Source: Pelomyxa schiedti
Taxonomy: Eukaryota > Protista > Evosea
DNA: 64,000 nt
NCBI GenBank assembly: GCA_020536535.1
Contig: JAHLWZ010000845.1
Span: 16,137 to 80,136, forward strand
Reading direction: 5' to 3'
The position numbers and the translations under genes were made by a program. The notes under the pieces are model-generated. The model saw only the letters and a program-made list of their open reading frames with translations, was not told where the DNA came from and searched no databases. Positions 39,320 through 52,328 of the stretch are shown piece by piece. Every line of letters starts with the position of its first letter. The stretch's first letter is position 1.

Positions 39320-41022
39320 ATGCGCCCGTTTTTAAAGCTGTCGTTGCTCACGATGTTGGTGTGTCCGGGGGTTGTGGCTCGGTCTCCATTGTCGTCGGTG
39401 GACCCACGCCGTGACTCTGTGAAGCAGGTCGTAATTGTGGGATGGGATGTTTTGTTGTTGTGCTTTGGTGCCAAAAACATTCGTATTAAACCAATAGCAT
39501 ATGAACCATCTCCAACAAACAAAAAAAGGCCATGGTGCACTCTTGGAATAACTACAAAGAGTATGGGTGGGGAATGGATAGTATGAAAAGTGTGTCAAAG
39601 ACGGGTTACAACTGGCTGTGGATGAATTTGACAATTGTGGACAGTTTGGACACTTTGTGGGTTATGGGAATGGAGGAGGAGTTCAATGAGGCCAAGGCCG
39701 CCATTGCTGATTTTAACTTTGATCCTGTGAGTTAAGTTGGTTTCCAAGTTTAGTCCAGTGACCCAAATGTACTTATGCCTCTATAAAGGATGTATATGAT
39801 TCACTTTTCGATGTAACCATGAGAATTATTGGAGGCTTGTTGAGTTCGCATTCCCTTACAAATGATGCATTTTTCCTTGCTAAAGCAGAAGATCTGGAAA
39901 GGAGGCTCCTCTCAGCCTATAACACTCCTTCTGGGATACCATACAATGACATTAACCCCAAGACGTAAGTCGAATTTAGCATCGCTGACCATTGACACTG
40001 GGTACTACAGATCTGCCATTCGAGCCGGTAATACGAACCTTGCCCAAGCAGGGACTTGTCTCCTCGAGTTGTATTACCTATCTAAGCACACAGGTGACTC
40101 CATTTTTGCAGACACTGCGGCCAATGTTGTGAATGCCATTGTGGCCATGCCGCACAGCATTCCTGCTTTGTATCCCATTTACATTGACCCTGTGAACGGT
40201 GTACCAACAAGTGACACGGTATCTCTGGACAGCTGTGGTGATAGCTTCTATGAGTACCTAGTAAAGACATGGGTACTACTTGGAGGTCCGGAATCAACAA
40301 GTGAGGATGCTGGCAAGTACCGCGGGATGTGGGATGACTCCATGGATACTGCACTGCAGTTACTAGTAAAAAGCAGTACCCCATCACAGTACGTATACAC
40401 AACCAGCATGACATCTGGAGTACAAGATGATGTTATGGGCCATTTGGGATGTTACGCGGCCGGAATGTTTGCCCTTGGAGCCGTGGCCTACAACGATAGC
40501 ACTATTAATGGAAATCACAACAGTGCTCTATACTTCAAAACTGGGGAAGAGCTAGCTCGCACTTGCCATGCAACTTACGCAAGCACCAAGACAGAAATTG
40601 GTCCGGAACAGTTCCACTTTGTTTCCGGCAGCGATTTCGAAATCAAGTCGCCTGGATACTACCTCAGACCCGAGGTTGTAGAGGGCTACTTCTACATGTA
40701 CCGCTACACACACGACCAAACGTATAGAGAATGGGGATGGGATGCTTTTGTTGCCATCAACAGCACATGTTATGCACCAGCGGGATATAGCAGCATTGAC
40801 AATGTTGACAGCAGAAACCCCAAGCTTCTTGATGACCAAGACCCTTACTTCCTTGCCGAAACTCTCAAGGTTTGTTTTTTCCCCCCAACACCTCCTCGCT
40901 CCCATAATCCGCACTAACGAGGCCAACAGTACCTGTATCTGCTGTTCTCTGAGGATGAATTGCTACCCTTGGACCAGTACGTCTTCACAACCGAGAGCCA
41001 CCCTCTTGCCATCTTCTCGTAA
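39320..41022 (+). CDS. Glycoside hydrolase family 47 alpha-1,2-mannosidase
   Basis: Signal peptide; HSWNNYKEYGWGMD, TIVDSLDTLWVMG, GDSFYEYLVKTW, MGHLGC, YYLRPEVVE, FLAETLK/YLYLLFS, FTTESHPL. Confidence 0.93.
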
Positions 41023-41331
41023 CTTCTAGAAGAACCTTACACCCGTGTTCATCAACAAGGTGTCATTTCAATTAAGAGCGTTTATGGCTTACAGTCGGGT
41101 TAGAAACCTGGGGAAACGAAATTTTACTGGACCTGCTTCACAGGGTACGGGCCCTTCTGGAAGCTGTTGTGCCTGTCTCAGTGCACTGATTTCAGATGGG
41201 TTCACGGTGTACTTCTATTTTTGTTTTTGATTTTCCGGGACGCGAAACCCAACAAATCTTTGTTCAACGGATCTTGCCTCTACAAACAATCGTCGTTCAT
41301 CAATCAATTCCCCAATTAATTGCAATTACCC

Positions 41332-44300
41332 ATGTCTGGTGCTGCTGTGGGGTGCCGTGTGTCATCGGATGTAGGAGGCACATTTACGGACGTGGCGGTG
41401 GTTGGCCGGGATGGCCGGTTGGTTGTGAGCAAATCACCGTCTACACCTTCGGATTTCAGCCAGGGCGTGATGGCCGCCGTAGATCTGGCGAGATCTGACC
41501 TCAGAGACCCAGAAGCACCCACGGATTTCTTCGTTCACGGAGCAACGGTGTTTTTTTTTTCTTCCCCTTTGGCTATCTTGTTGGATTTCTTGTTGGTGCT
41601 ACGTGGTTTATGTCTTTTCAGGAATACTAATATAACTCCTCGTTGGTGAAAAGGTTGTGATCAATGCATTGACTGAGCGAAAAGGTGCTAAGACTGGTTT
41701 AATCACAACAAAGGTAGTGTTTCTTTTAGTGCTTCAGAAACAAGTGATATGCACAAATAGGGCTTCAGAGACGTTCTTGAAATTACAAGGGCTAATCGCC
41801 CCGACCTTTTTAATATGATGTTTGAGAAGCCCATCCCTTTCGTTCCACGGCGTCTACGTGTTGAAGTCGAAGAACGCATTGACTACAAAGGACGCGTAGT
41901 GAAGCCATTACAAGAAGCTTCTGTAACAAGTGCAATTAACAAATTATTGTCTGAAGGAGTTGAGAGTATAGCAGTGTGTTTACTGCATTCCTATGTGTAT
42001 CCAGACCATGAAAAGAAGGTAAGTGTGCATATTTGTTCAACAAGAGTGTAATAGCTACAGATAGGAGAACTTATTTCCAAGATGGCACCGAATCTCCCTT
42101 TCACTCTTTCGTGTGCTGTTTCTCGAGAGTGGCGCGAGTATGAGAGAACAAGTACCACAGTTCTCAATAGTTTTGTTCTTCCAGTCGCTGGAAAATACCT
42201 GGGCGCAATGGTGCTTCCCACTACATACAATTTTGATCATCTAACATGTGGCAGGAGGAAACTCTCCATAACAAGTGCAGGATACCCCTCGGAGGTACAT
42301 TTCATTTAGTGTTACTATTCCCTCAGTTTCCTTTTAATCCAGCCTTGCATGTCATGCAGTCAAATGGAGGATGCACAACTTTCACGTCTGCAAAGCATAC
42401 ACCCATAAGTAATCTACCACGTAACATTTTGGTGTTTCACGGTTTCCAGGTATGGTTGAATCTGGCCCAGTAGCTGGTGTTATAGGATCAGCATTTATAG
42501 CTTCATTAGTTGGGGAGTCTTCTGTTATATCTTTTGATGTTGGTGAGTTTGTGCAAATGTCTTTTCCATATAAATATCCCAAATGGGAAACAGAACTAAA
42601 TGGGCCACAGGTGGAACGACGGCTAAAACTTCGCTAGTTCAAGATGGCATCCCAAATCTTATTACGGAATATAAAATCGAGCGGGACAGGGAACATCAAG
42701 GATATCCCATTCAAGTGCTAATTCCCTTTCCTTTTGCTTTCCTCATCCTGCGAAGGTTCCTACAGTTGACATTGTGGAGATAGGCTCAGGGGGAGGGTCT
42801 ATTGCTTTCTGGGACACAACCACGAATGTTTTGCGAGTTGGGGAACAGAGTGCTGGGGCAGTTCCCGGTCCAGCTTGTTACAATTTTGGCGGCACTCAGC
42901 CGACTATCACCGACGCAAATCTCATCATTGGACGGCTGAATCCTGACTACTTTGTGGGAGGACAGGTATTCCCCTTCACATTTGTTCGTTGATGACTTTA
43001 TAAGATGAGAATTGATGTTGAACGATCCAGGCGGGCTATTGAACCAATTGCGCAGCATGCTGGGGTGTCAATTGAGGAAGCAGCACTTGGAATCATTCAG
43101 CTTTCAGATGCAAAAAAAGTCAATATGATAAAGCTCATTTCTGTACAGAGAGGGTAGATCTTCTACCAAAAATTTTTTATCTGAATTATTCATTTTTTCT
43201 GGCAGAATTGATCCCCGTAACTGCTGCCTTATCTGTCACGGTGGTGGAGGACCAGTCCATGCAGCAGCTATGGCAAGAGAGCTCAGATGCAAAAAGGTTA
43301 TTGTCCCACCAAATCCTGGTGTATTCTCCGCAGTGGCAATGTTGATGCTCGATATACGTCATGACACTATAGTTACAGGGATACGCCCCACACGAAATGT
43401 ACAGCTACATTTTCCTGTAAGGTCTAATGTCCACCCCCTTGTAGGTAGACCTCTCAGAACTGAACGATCGCTATATTGCCATGCAAAAAGAGCTTGAAAG
43501 CCTTTTGCTTTTGGAAAATGTTAGTCCAGAAAACATTTCCTTTCTCAGATTTTGTGATATGCGATATAAAGGGCAAGAGCACTGTGTTAAAGTAACATAA
43601 TCTTCTTATTTACTTTCTTTGACACAAGGAAGGTCCCATTCCCTTCTGGTACCATAACAGCAGAGGCTATACATCAAATGAATGAAAAGTTTCACACAAT
43701 GCACTTGGAAAAGTACACCTTCAAACTCTCTCAGGACACTGAATTTGTTAACTACCACGTTACCGCAATTGGGAAGGTGTCGAACCTCAAATTCACTGAA
43801 GGTTCAATTCCAGGTGTTACCCTTTAACCACTCATTTCTTCCAGTTACTGGGGGTACCACACTTACGATTGAGGGAGCTTTCAAGGGCGAACGTGGAGTG
43901 TGGTTTGAAGGTTACGGTTGTGTTCCCACCAAAGTGTATCAAAGAGAAAAACTACCACTCGCTTTGGATATTCACGGTCCTGTAATCATTGAAGAACATA
44001 CTAGCTCGACAATTGTCTATCCAGACCAGATAGTTAGGCGTGACAACTACGGATTCTTACATCTTCAAGCTGATGCAAGTATGTGATTACTACCAAGGTT
44101 TTCTTTTTACGGAATTTTCCAGGCTGCGTCACAAGCTCCTTACCGAAAGCAGTCGAATCCATGGATAAATTTATCTTCGAAATTATACAAGAATCTATCA
44201 CAGCAATTAGTGATGAAATGTTCCTTCACATGAAACTTACCAGCATGAGCACCATTATATATGAGGTTGATTTTGTCTCCAAGTCACCCTAATGACAGTG

Positions 44301-46341
44301 TAGGTTCTCGATTTTGCAACAGGCCTCATTGATGCAAACGGAAACATGATAACGCAGGGAAATGGAGTTGCTGGCTTTCTCGGAACTCTCACATTTGCCG
44401 TTCGTTCCGTACTTGCGAAGTTTGCTGGAAAGCTTCTTCCAGGTGACGTGATTATATCAAACAATCCATATGATGGCGGTGGCACTCACCTTTCTGATGT
44501 CACACTTATCAAACCGATATTTTTTGAAAATAAGCTTGTTTGCTTCGCAGCTAACAAGGTATAGTATGGTACTACCTTTCAGTATCTAACAGTGATGTTA
44601 GGCTCATTGGTCAGAGGTACAGTAGTCAGACACATTGTTTATCTCAACATATAAAGGTTGGTGGGATGTGCCCAGGTAGCTGGACAACTAATTCTACTGA
44701 TATCTGGCAGGAGGGATTACACTTCCCTTGCATTAAATTGTACAATCAGGTAACCACTGCGCATGGAGTGCCCAAACTAAAACTCCTAGGGTATACCCAA
44801 TGAGAGTCTTCTGGATTTAATCAAAGTTAATGTCCGCACACCAGAAGCCAGTATTGGGGACATGATGGTACTAAATGGCACTACACGTCTATGTAACGTT
44901 CTTTAGGCACAAGTTTCTTCCTTGAGTATTGCTGAATCAAGGTTCACTGAACTGTGCCAGAGATACACATGGGCAGTCGTTGACCAAGCTGTAAAATCCC
45001 TTTTAACCCAAGGGGAACTATTAACAAGGGAAGCCTTAGCCAAAGTTACTCCGGGTGACTACTACTCTGAAGATTGGATGTAACTCTCAATACACTTACT
45101 TTACTTAGCCTAACTGTCATCAAAAACAAGAGACGACGATGGACTCGGAAATGGTCCCTTTAAACTCTGTGTGAAAGTGAAAATTACCCCAGAAAAGTTT
45201 ATTTGTGATTTCACGGGTTGCCCACCTCCTGTTCCGGGCCCAATAAACACAGGAATGTCAGCACTTGCAGCAGCTGTAAGATGCCTGTACATGGCAACCG
45301 TTAAACCCAAGGTACCTTTACTTTCTTCCGCTCTATGTGCATAAGAACATGTATAGATACGTGTGAACGAAGGTTGCTTTGCGCCACTCGAGATCATTTG
45401 CCCTAAAAACACACTTCTGAGCGCCAGTGCCCCTGCTCCGGTTTCCACTTACTGGGAAACTGTACCTTTCCCTCTCAACAAGAATTTCTTATTAAATATT
45501 ATTTAGATGGATTTTGGTGCTGATCTTGTGTGGAAAGCACTTGCACCCTCCATGCCCACAAAACTTCCTGCTGGGCATTTCCTTTCGGTCTGCGGTACCA
45601 TCATCTCTGGCATACATCCTGATACAGGTTCCTTAATGTCTATGATCTCTGGTACTTATATTCGCAGGGGAACTATTTATCCTGGTAGAACCTCAGATTG
45701 GTGGTTGGGGGGCAGCTGCAAACCGCGATGGGCAAAATGCGCTTGTATGTATTGGTGATGGGGAAACATACATTATTCCTGTTGAGATTTGTGAAATGAG
45801 GTATCTATCTTTGCCTTAAAAATAACCCAGCTTAAACAACACAGGTACGGTGTAATGGTGGCGCAACTTGCACTAGTAACTCCTGACGGTGGCTGTGGCT
45901 CTGGCCAGTTTAGAGTTACCCACCTTGACGGTGTAGTATATTTTGACTCTTTCAACAGGGTGGAAATGGTGTTGTGAGGGAATACACTATCACCGCCAAA
46001 GAAGCAAACGTCACAGGCACCTTTGGGCGATTCAAGTACCCACCTTGGGGAATGCATGGTGGATCACAAGGCGGTATCAACTGCATGATATTCAAGCAAA
46101 CAGGCAAACCTGCCGAGGTACGCCCTTGCACCTTCTGGAACTAATTCTAACTGAGAAACAGGTGACTGGAAAAGCAGCTAACCGCAGAGTTCTACAAGGA
46201 GAATCTGTTGAAATGGTCACAGGCTGTGGAGGAGGCTATGGTGATCCACTCAGAAGGGACAGGCAGGCAATTGCTGAAGACATTTCAAATGGTTACATTA
46301 CACTCCAGCAAGCAACAGACATATACCACTACACTCCATAA
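41332..46341 (+). CDS. Hydantoinase/5-oxoprolinase (HyuA + HyuB domains fused), multi-exon
   Basis: DVGGTFTD, VHGAT/VVINALTERKGAKTGLITTK/GFRD, EYERTSTT, ESGPVAG, GGTTAK, PGPACY; B part EIIQESITAISDEM, NNPYDGGGTHLSD, GCGGGYGDPL. Confidence 0.92.
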
Positions 46342-46417
46342 AAGCTTGTTATGTGGTTTCGTGATAAATAAACTTGTGGTTTGGACCACCATTTTTTTGA
46401 GAGACTTCATTTTTGAA

Positions 46418-47645
46418 TCACAACAGAGACTTTAAGTATTGGGTGATTTCCTCTCTGTTGTTCCTTTCAGATACTGCCAGTCCAAAGAGTAAGTCTTTGC
46501 GTTCATTAAGACCAACATCCTCAACCAGCCACTTTACTATGGGGAAATGACCAGAACAAATAGCAGAATTGAGGCATATGCCACCCATCGATCTGGCATC
46601 AGCGGGTGTAAGTTGTAGTGTTGTGTATAGCCACATGGCGTGCTCTATGTTTCCGTCTGAGCATGCTTTCCGCAGAAGTATGTTATCATGTTTGACAAAA
46701 TCCTTTCTTCCCAGGCTAAAGGTATTGATTAACCACACAGCAATTTGCCGGTTTGGGTTGGGTGTATTCAACACAGCGCCTAGAATATTAGAGCTTTTAA
46801 TAAGCGGAGCAGATATGTATTCCTGCAAACTATTGTACACTTTCTGAGCAGTTGTTAAATCATTCGAGGAAGTGCAGGTATGCAGAAAAGCATTCAGACT
46901 TGCTATTGTGAAATTGCTATTTCCAGAACCATTCCTTAGACACCACTTAACAAGGTCTGGATTCCCAGTGAGGGCAGCCTGCTCAATTATCTTTGATTTC
47001 ATCAGTATGAGTGTTTTTCCTTCCTATCTATTTTTACTGTTTCTAGCTATTATTGGAACCATAATACTTTACACCTGTGGTGCATATTCCAACAACATAA
47101 CAGGGAAAGTGACCATCAAGTTCTCTGAGCCGAATAACAGCACAGGACTGAGAATTTAAATTCAGCAATTGTGACACCCTGATGAGCACAAGGGACCGTA
47201 TCACCCACCCACAATTTGATCCAGGCTTCGACCCAAGCCTGGTGCCGTACTTCAATTCCCAATCACGGAGTATACTGAGAGCGCACACCGGTGTGCCGAG
47301 ACTCAGGGCAGTCGAAAGTATCCCCTCAACCGTCTCAGTCTCAATCTCACTGGCACTTTTTGGCACAGATCCCATCGCTTTGGCACCCCGAACTCTAGAG
47401 AATCCCACGGGTCTCCGAATGTCCTCAGAAAATGATGATGACTCGGGGATCGATGAGGCAGCGAGGAAAGTGGCGCGGCGTGCGCACTTGGCACCCAGCA
47501 TTATGGGAGCGGCATCGCCGAGCGTCAGGCAGTCGGCCACGGACACCAACCGGGGAACCACGTGCACAAACAACACCCAGCATCTCGCAACTTCCTCTTC
47601 AACAAGAGTAGATCTCCTGTTTACAAGTGCGTTGGCGTCGGCCAT
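46418..47645 (-). CDS. Ankyrin-repeat protein
   Basis: AALTGNPDLVKW, KACSDGNIEHAMWL, AICSGHFPIVKWLVE, NNREEITQYL repeats. Confidence 0.75.
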
Positions 47646-47732
47646 CTCCCCACGAATCGTCGAGAGACCCTTCGGCGATTGTCTTCAAGGAAAAATCTTG
47701 ACAACCCAAAAAACCAAAAAACGACCAGTTTG

Positions 47733-50700
47733 ATGGGGATCAAACCGCCAACGCACGAGATTCTGTTGGTCTTCGTGCTGTGGTGTTACTGCGTGAGTGG
47801 AGTTGCAGCTGCCGACTCCAGACAACTGGAGGTTGATTGCTTGTGCGAGCTGAAGAATTTGGGCGTGGCTTCATGGAACACTGTGGATCCATGCGGCTTT
47901 TCTACGCCGTGCCAAGTGGCCCTTGACGGCATTGTGTGTTGGCCCGACGGTCACCTTCAGGGCCTGTTCGTATAATCCTTTCACTTTGTTTGTTTTGTGG
48001 GGGTGGCAACTGAGGGAAAAAAAAATTGTGTGCCAAGTTTGATTGATATCACAAAAAGGGAATTGTGGAGTGAGCCAATGGAGGGATCCTTGCCATCATG
48101 CATATCGGCTTTTGGGAATATAACCTCACTGTTTGTTACTGAAATTAGCATTGAAAGTCTCACTCATCTTTATTCTAGGATAATTGCTGGCAGTGATCTT
48201 TCTGGAACGCTTCCCGCTGCACTGTGGAATCTCACCACTCTGGAATTGCTGTGTGCCCACTTTGATTTCTTTTTTTTTTTTCCCCAGAACTTATTCTCTC
48301 TAGTTACCTAAACAACAACTTATTGGAGGGTACAATTCCCCCACAACTATCAAACCTTCTGAACCTGCAACAACTGTACCATCAACTAAAGAGTTGACTT
48401 CCTTACACATGCTCCCTAGACATCTCTATGAGAATTTTTTCGAAGGTCCTATTCTTGACTACCTTGATTATACTTCCAGACTTCAGGAAATGTACGTAGA
48501 TGTACCCTATTTGAAAACCGGGTCAAAATTGCGTAGTTCTTTGTGCGGCAATGAATTTAATGGAACCATACCAAATCTATCAAGTTTCGGGCGTCTCACT
48601 CTATTGTATGCAGCCAAAAATATTGTCCTACTGAACAGAGTACTTCAGGGATCTGCGTGCAAATGAATTTTCTGGCTCGATCCCGTCTTGGTTGGCAGAT
48701 GCAACGATCCTTTCAATTTTGTACACATCCTTAAAAGCCAGTGGTTTCTAAATCCGTCATAGACACTTAGATGGCAATTATTTCACAGGGTCAATACCTT
48801 CCTGGATTCTCGATCTTAGCTCTTTGACTCAACTGTACTTCATCGAGAATTATTAATTTCTTACAACTATCTAGTTACCTCAACACGAATTCTTTTGATG
48901 GACAATTTCCTGATGTAACGATCCTCAATTCACCTTTAGAAATCTTGTAAGGTAAACGCACACCTCCCTAGCTTTCACCTTGTGAAAAGAACCGCGGACT
49001 CTAATCAACTGACTGGTACGATTCCTTCCTCTATCTCGAACCTGGCACTTCTGCAGATATTGTAGTGGGAATTCTTCTTTCCAACTGGCTCAGTTCACAA
49101 CAGGTCTCTTTCATATAACGATATTTCTGGTTCAATACCGGCATCAATAATGGCCCTGACTAGCCTCACAACACTGTAAAACAGAGCTCCGTTTTTACGG
49201 TTAATTTTGACAAGAGATCTGGAAAAAAACGAGATCACTGGGAATCTACCCGATCTGTCTGCTCTTACAAAGCTTATAACATTGTAGATACCTGTAGTTA
49301 TTTTCAACTTTAACGAAAGTGAAGATACCTTGGAGGGAATCATTTTACTGGTGACATTCCTACTTCTTTTTGCTCGCTACAGGCACTGCAGGACCTGTAG
49401 TTTTTACCACAACCTATTTAAATCTTAGAATTTTTAGAAGTTTAGCAGTCAACAATGTGACAGGCCCATTACCAACATGCTTTTCAACATTCCAATATTT
49501 GCACTCTCTGTGAGTGGACCACCTTTCTTTAGTTTCGGCTTTAGTAACAACAATTAAGAGAATTGCAAGGTAACCTTATGTCAGGCTCCATTCCCACTGA
49601 GATTTGCCAACTACCAGCGCTCTATACTATGTTAGTTTCTTTCATATGCTCACTCTCTATTGCATTCTTCTCTTTTCCCCTTTCTAATGGGTATCTTAGA
49701 AATTTGTCAGATAATTTCTTTTCCGGTACTATTCCAAATGAAATAGGAGCTCTTCCCCTTAGCCTTCTGTTACTCACTCTTTGAGTAAATTATTTTCTTA
49801 CATTAATACAGTCACCTAGCCACCAATAATTTTACTGGTTCTCTTCCCGAATCGATTGGAAGTCTCACAAGCCTTTTCCGACTGTAAGAAAGTTCGTGTG
49901 AAATTGTCCTTACAATTTATCAGAACCATAAATGACAATTCGCTCTCTGGTCAATTACCTGATACCTGGAAGAAAGAACAAAATAACTTGATAGAAATGT
50001 AGGTTAGAACTTGAACAAAACATTCAATAACCCCGCAAGCTATGCAGGAGGCAACTTCTTCACTGGAACTTTACCCACATCCATTTCCTTCCTCACCTCT
50101 CTGCAATTCCTTTACCTGGACAATAATGACCTGCAAGGCACAATTCCCTCAGAATATGGTCTTTTGTCAGAGATGCGGGAGCTGTATGAAAAAACGGTCA
50201 ACACTGATTTTCTCAACTTCTTAGGAAATTGTGTCAAAATAATTTTACGGGACCGATACCTCAGGAGATTGGCAATCTTAAGAATCTGAAAATCCTGTAT
50301 CTAAATGCATCACCCCTTTGGATTGATACTTTCCAGGCATCTCCATGATAACCATATAACTGGAACTATACCAGAATCTTTTGGGGAGCTCTTATTGCTT
50401 CAAGACCTGTAATCCATTTTTGAGATATTCAAATCTAAAACTCTTTCCATTTTCAGCTCGTTGTATTTTACAAATATTGGTGGCACAATTCCTCCTTCAT
50501 TGTCCAGTCTTCTATCCTTGGCTATACTGTACTATGTAAATCCATATCTATGATACTTAACTTTCGAAAAGAGATCTAGATGGAACATATGTCTATGGTG
50601 ATACGAGCAAATTTTTAAATCTTCAATTCTGGTTTCCTCTTCTTTAATCTTATCCATGTAGTTCCAAACGCAAAATAGTTACTTCAGTGATACGTGTGTA

Positions 50701-51506
50701 GATTGTAGTGCAGTTCCTGCAAATTGCCATTGTGTAGATAGTGAGCCAAAATCCCCCGCAGTCTGTTCTTGTGTGAGTTCCGGATCATGCTACATAGATA
50801 CAGTTTGCTATGGACCTGGCATTCCTCCACCTTCTCGCGATTGTACAAGAGGATGTTTCCCTGGTTCTAATGCGTTTCTTTGGTCTGACGTATGCGACAG
50901 TGTGAAGCCAGGTCAGTTTTGAATCTTCTTTCTTCAGTTATACCAACAGTAACTCAGATGAACCGAAAGTTACGTTTGGCATTCAACTAGCCTATTCTGG
51001 TTCAGTCTTCCTGTAGAAAAGTAATACTGACATTCCCTTATCAACAGAGTGCAAAACAACTCTGCCGCCTACATTTGGAACTCAGTTTTCCCAAGATATC
51101 GCTGTTGCTCTAGGAATTAGCTCAGACCACGTTTACGTGAACTCCATTACCTTACGGCTAGATTCTTCTTGCAACTTGGATAGGAGGGATATCACCCTGA
51201 TACTGACAGAAGTGCAAGTGAACTATACTATCATATGCGAGGATTTCTCCACAGAGGAAATCATTCAATTAATGGAGACCCAGGTTGAAGACGAAAACAG
51301 CCTGCTCTACCAAGGAAATGTGTGTTTAGGTTACAAACAGACATTCGAAATAACCATACCCGCAGGTAACACAGGACATTGATTCCGATTCTCTGTTGAT
51401 AGTGGAGGTAGTGGAAGGATCATCCACAAGCTCCACATCCAGTACAGTAGCACCAAGCTTTGGTTTACTGTTGTCTCTGGTGATGTTTTTGTATTTTGTT
51501 TGGTGA
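47733..51506 (+). CDS. Secreted leucine-rich-repeat surface protein with Cys-rich region and putative GPI signal
   Basis: Signal peptide; ~22-24 extracellular-type LRRs (LxxNxxSGxIPxxxxxLxxLxxL); Cys-rich exon at ~50680-50910; C-terminal Ser/Thr stretch then hydrophobic FGLLLSLVMFLYFVW-stop. Confidence 0.88.
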
Positions 51507-51748
51507 CATCCCACAATAACGTTTGCACGAACCCCTTTTTATTCGAGCCTACCTACAATGGGGTTTTTCACCAAATATGGCATATGGAGATCATTGCCTG
51601 TCGTCAAGACAGTTTTAAACTGTTTTCACCCGCAAAGCGTGGTGCTGTCTCCTTCAAATATTCCTTTGACAGGTGACAGTTTTTAAAAATCAACAACAAC
51701 GCGAGAGAGGTGCTTTTTCTTTTCCTGTTATTCCCTTTTACTGTAACA

Positions 51749-52255
51749 ATGCAAAACGATACGACACCTGCAGTAGAGGGAGCGCGATTCGGGCACGTGA
51801 ACATCATAGCCAGGGACTGGCGAGCCCTTGCTGTATTTTACCAACGAGTGTTTGGTTGCACTCAGTCTGGCCCCGAGAGAGACCTGAGTGGAACGTGGCT
51901 GGACAGAGCCACCGGAGTCACTGCTGCAAGGATAAACGGCGTGCACCTGAGGCTGCCAGGCCACGGCGCCAGTGGCCCCACCCTGGAGATATTCCAGTAC
52001 CCCACCTCGACGTCGCCCTCGTCTGCGGAGCCGCTGCCGCCGTGCTGTGGCGTGGACCGGCCTGGGCTGAGGCACATTGCATTTGCCGTTGCGGATGTGA
52101 ATGAGGCCGTGGAGCAGGTTGTTAGGCACGGTGGCTCTCGCTTGGGCGATGTGGTGGATGCTCGCGTCGAAGGCGCTGGCGTGTGCACTTTTGCCTACTG
52201 CCGCGACCCTGAAGGGAACGTCATTGAGCTACAAAAGTGGAACCAGGGGTATTAA
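51749..52255 (+). CDS. VOC/glyoxalase/bleomycin-resistance family protein (intronless)
   Basis: HVNIIARD...FYQRVFG, TLEIFQY, GLRHIAFAVAD, YCRDPEGNVIEL metal-ligand pattern. Confidence 0.9.
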   Translation: MQNDTTPAVEGARFGHVNIIARDWRALAVFYQRVFGCTQSGPERDLSGTWLDRATGVTAARINGVHLRLPGHGASGPTLEIFQYPTSTSPSSAEPLPPCCGVDRPGLRHIAFAVADVNEAVEQVVRHGGSRLGDVVDARVEGAGVCTFAYCRDPEGNVIELQKWNQGY

Positions 52256-52328
52256 GAGTTACTTGGCAACCAAAAAAAAAAAACCAAGGCACATGTGCCA
52301 TTTTCTTTTGATAAACCACTATTGAGGC

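Noticed and set aside
48050-50640. CRISPR-like repeat/spacer periodicity (~112 nt)
   Set aside because: Explained by LRR exons and introns; the units are not identical at the DNA level.
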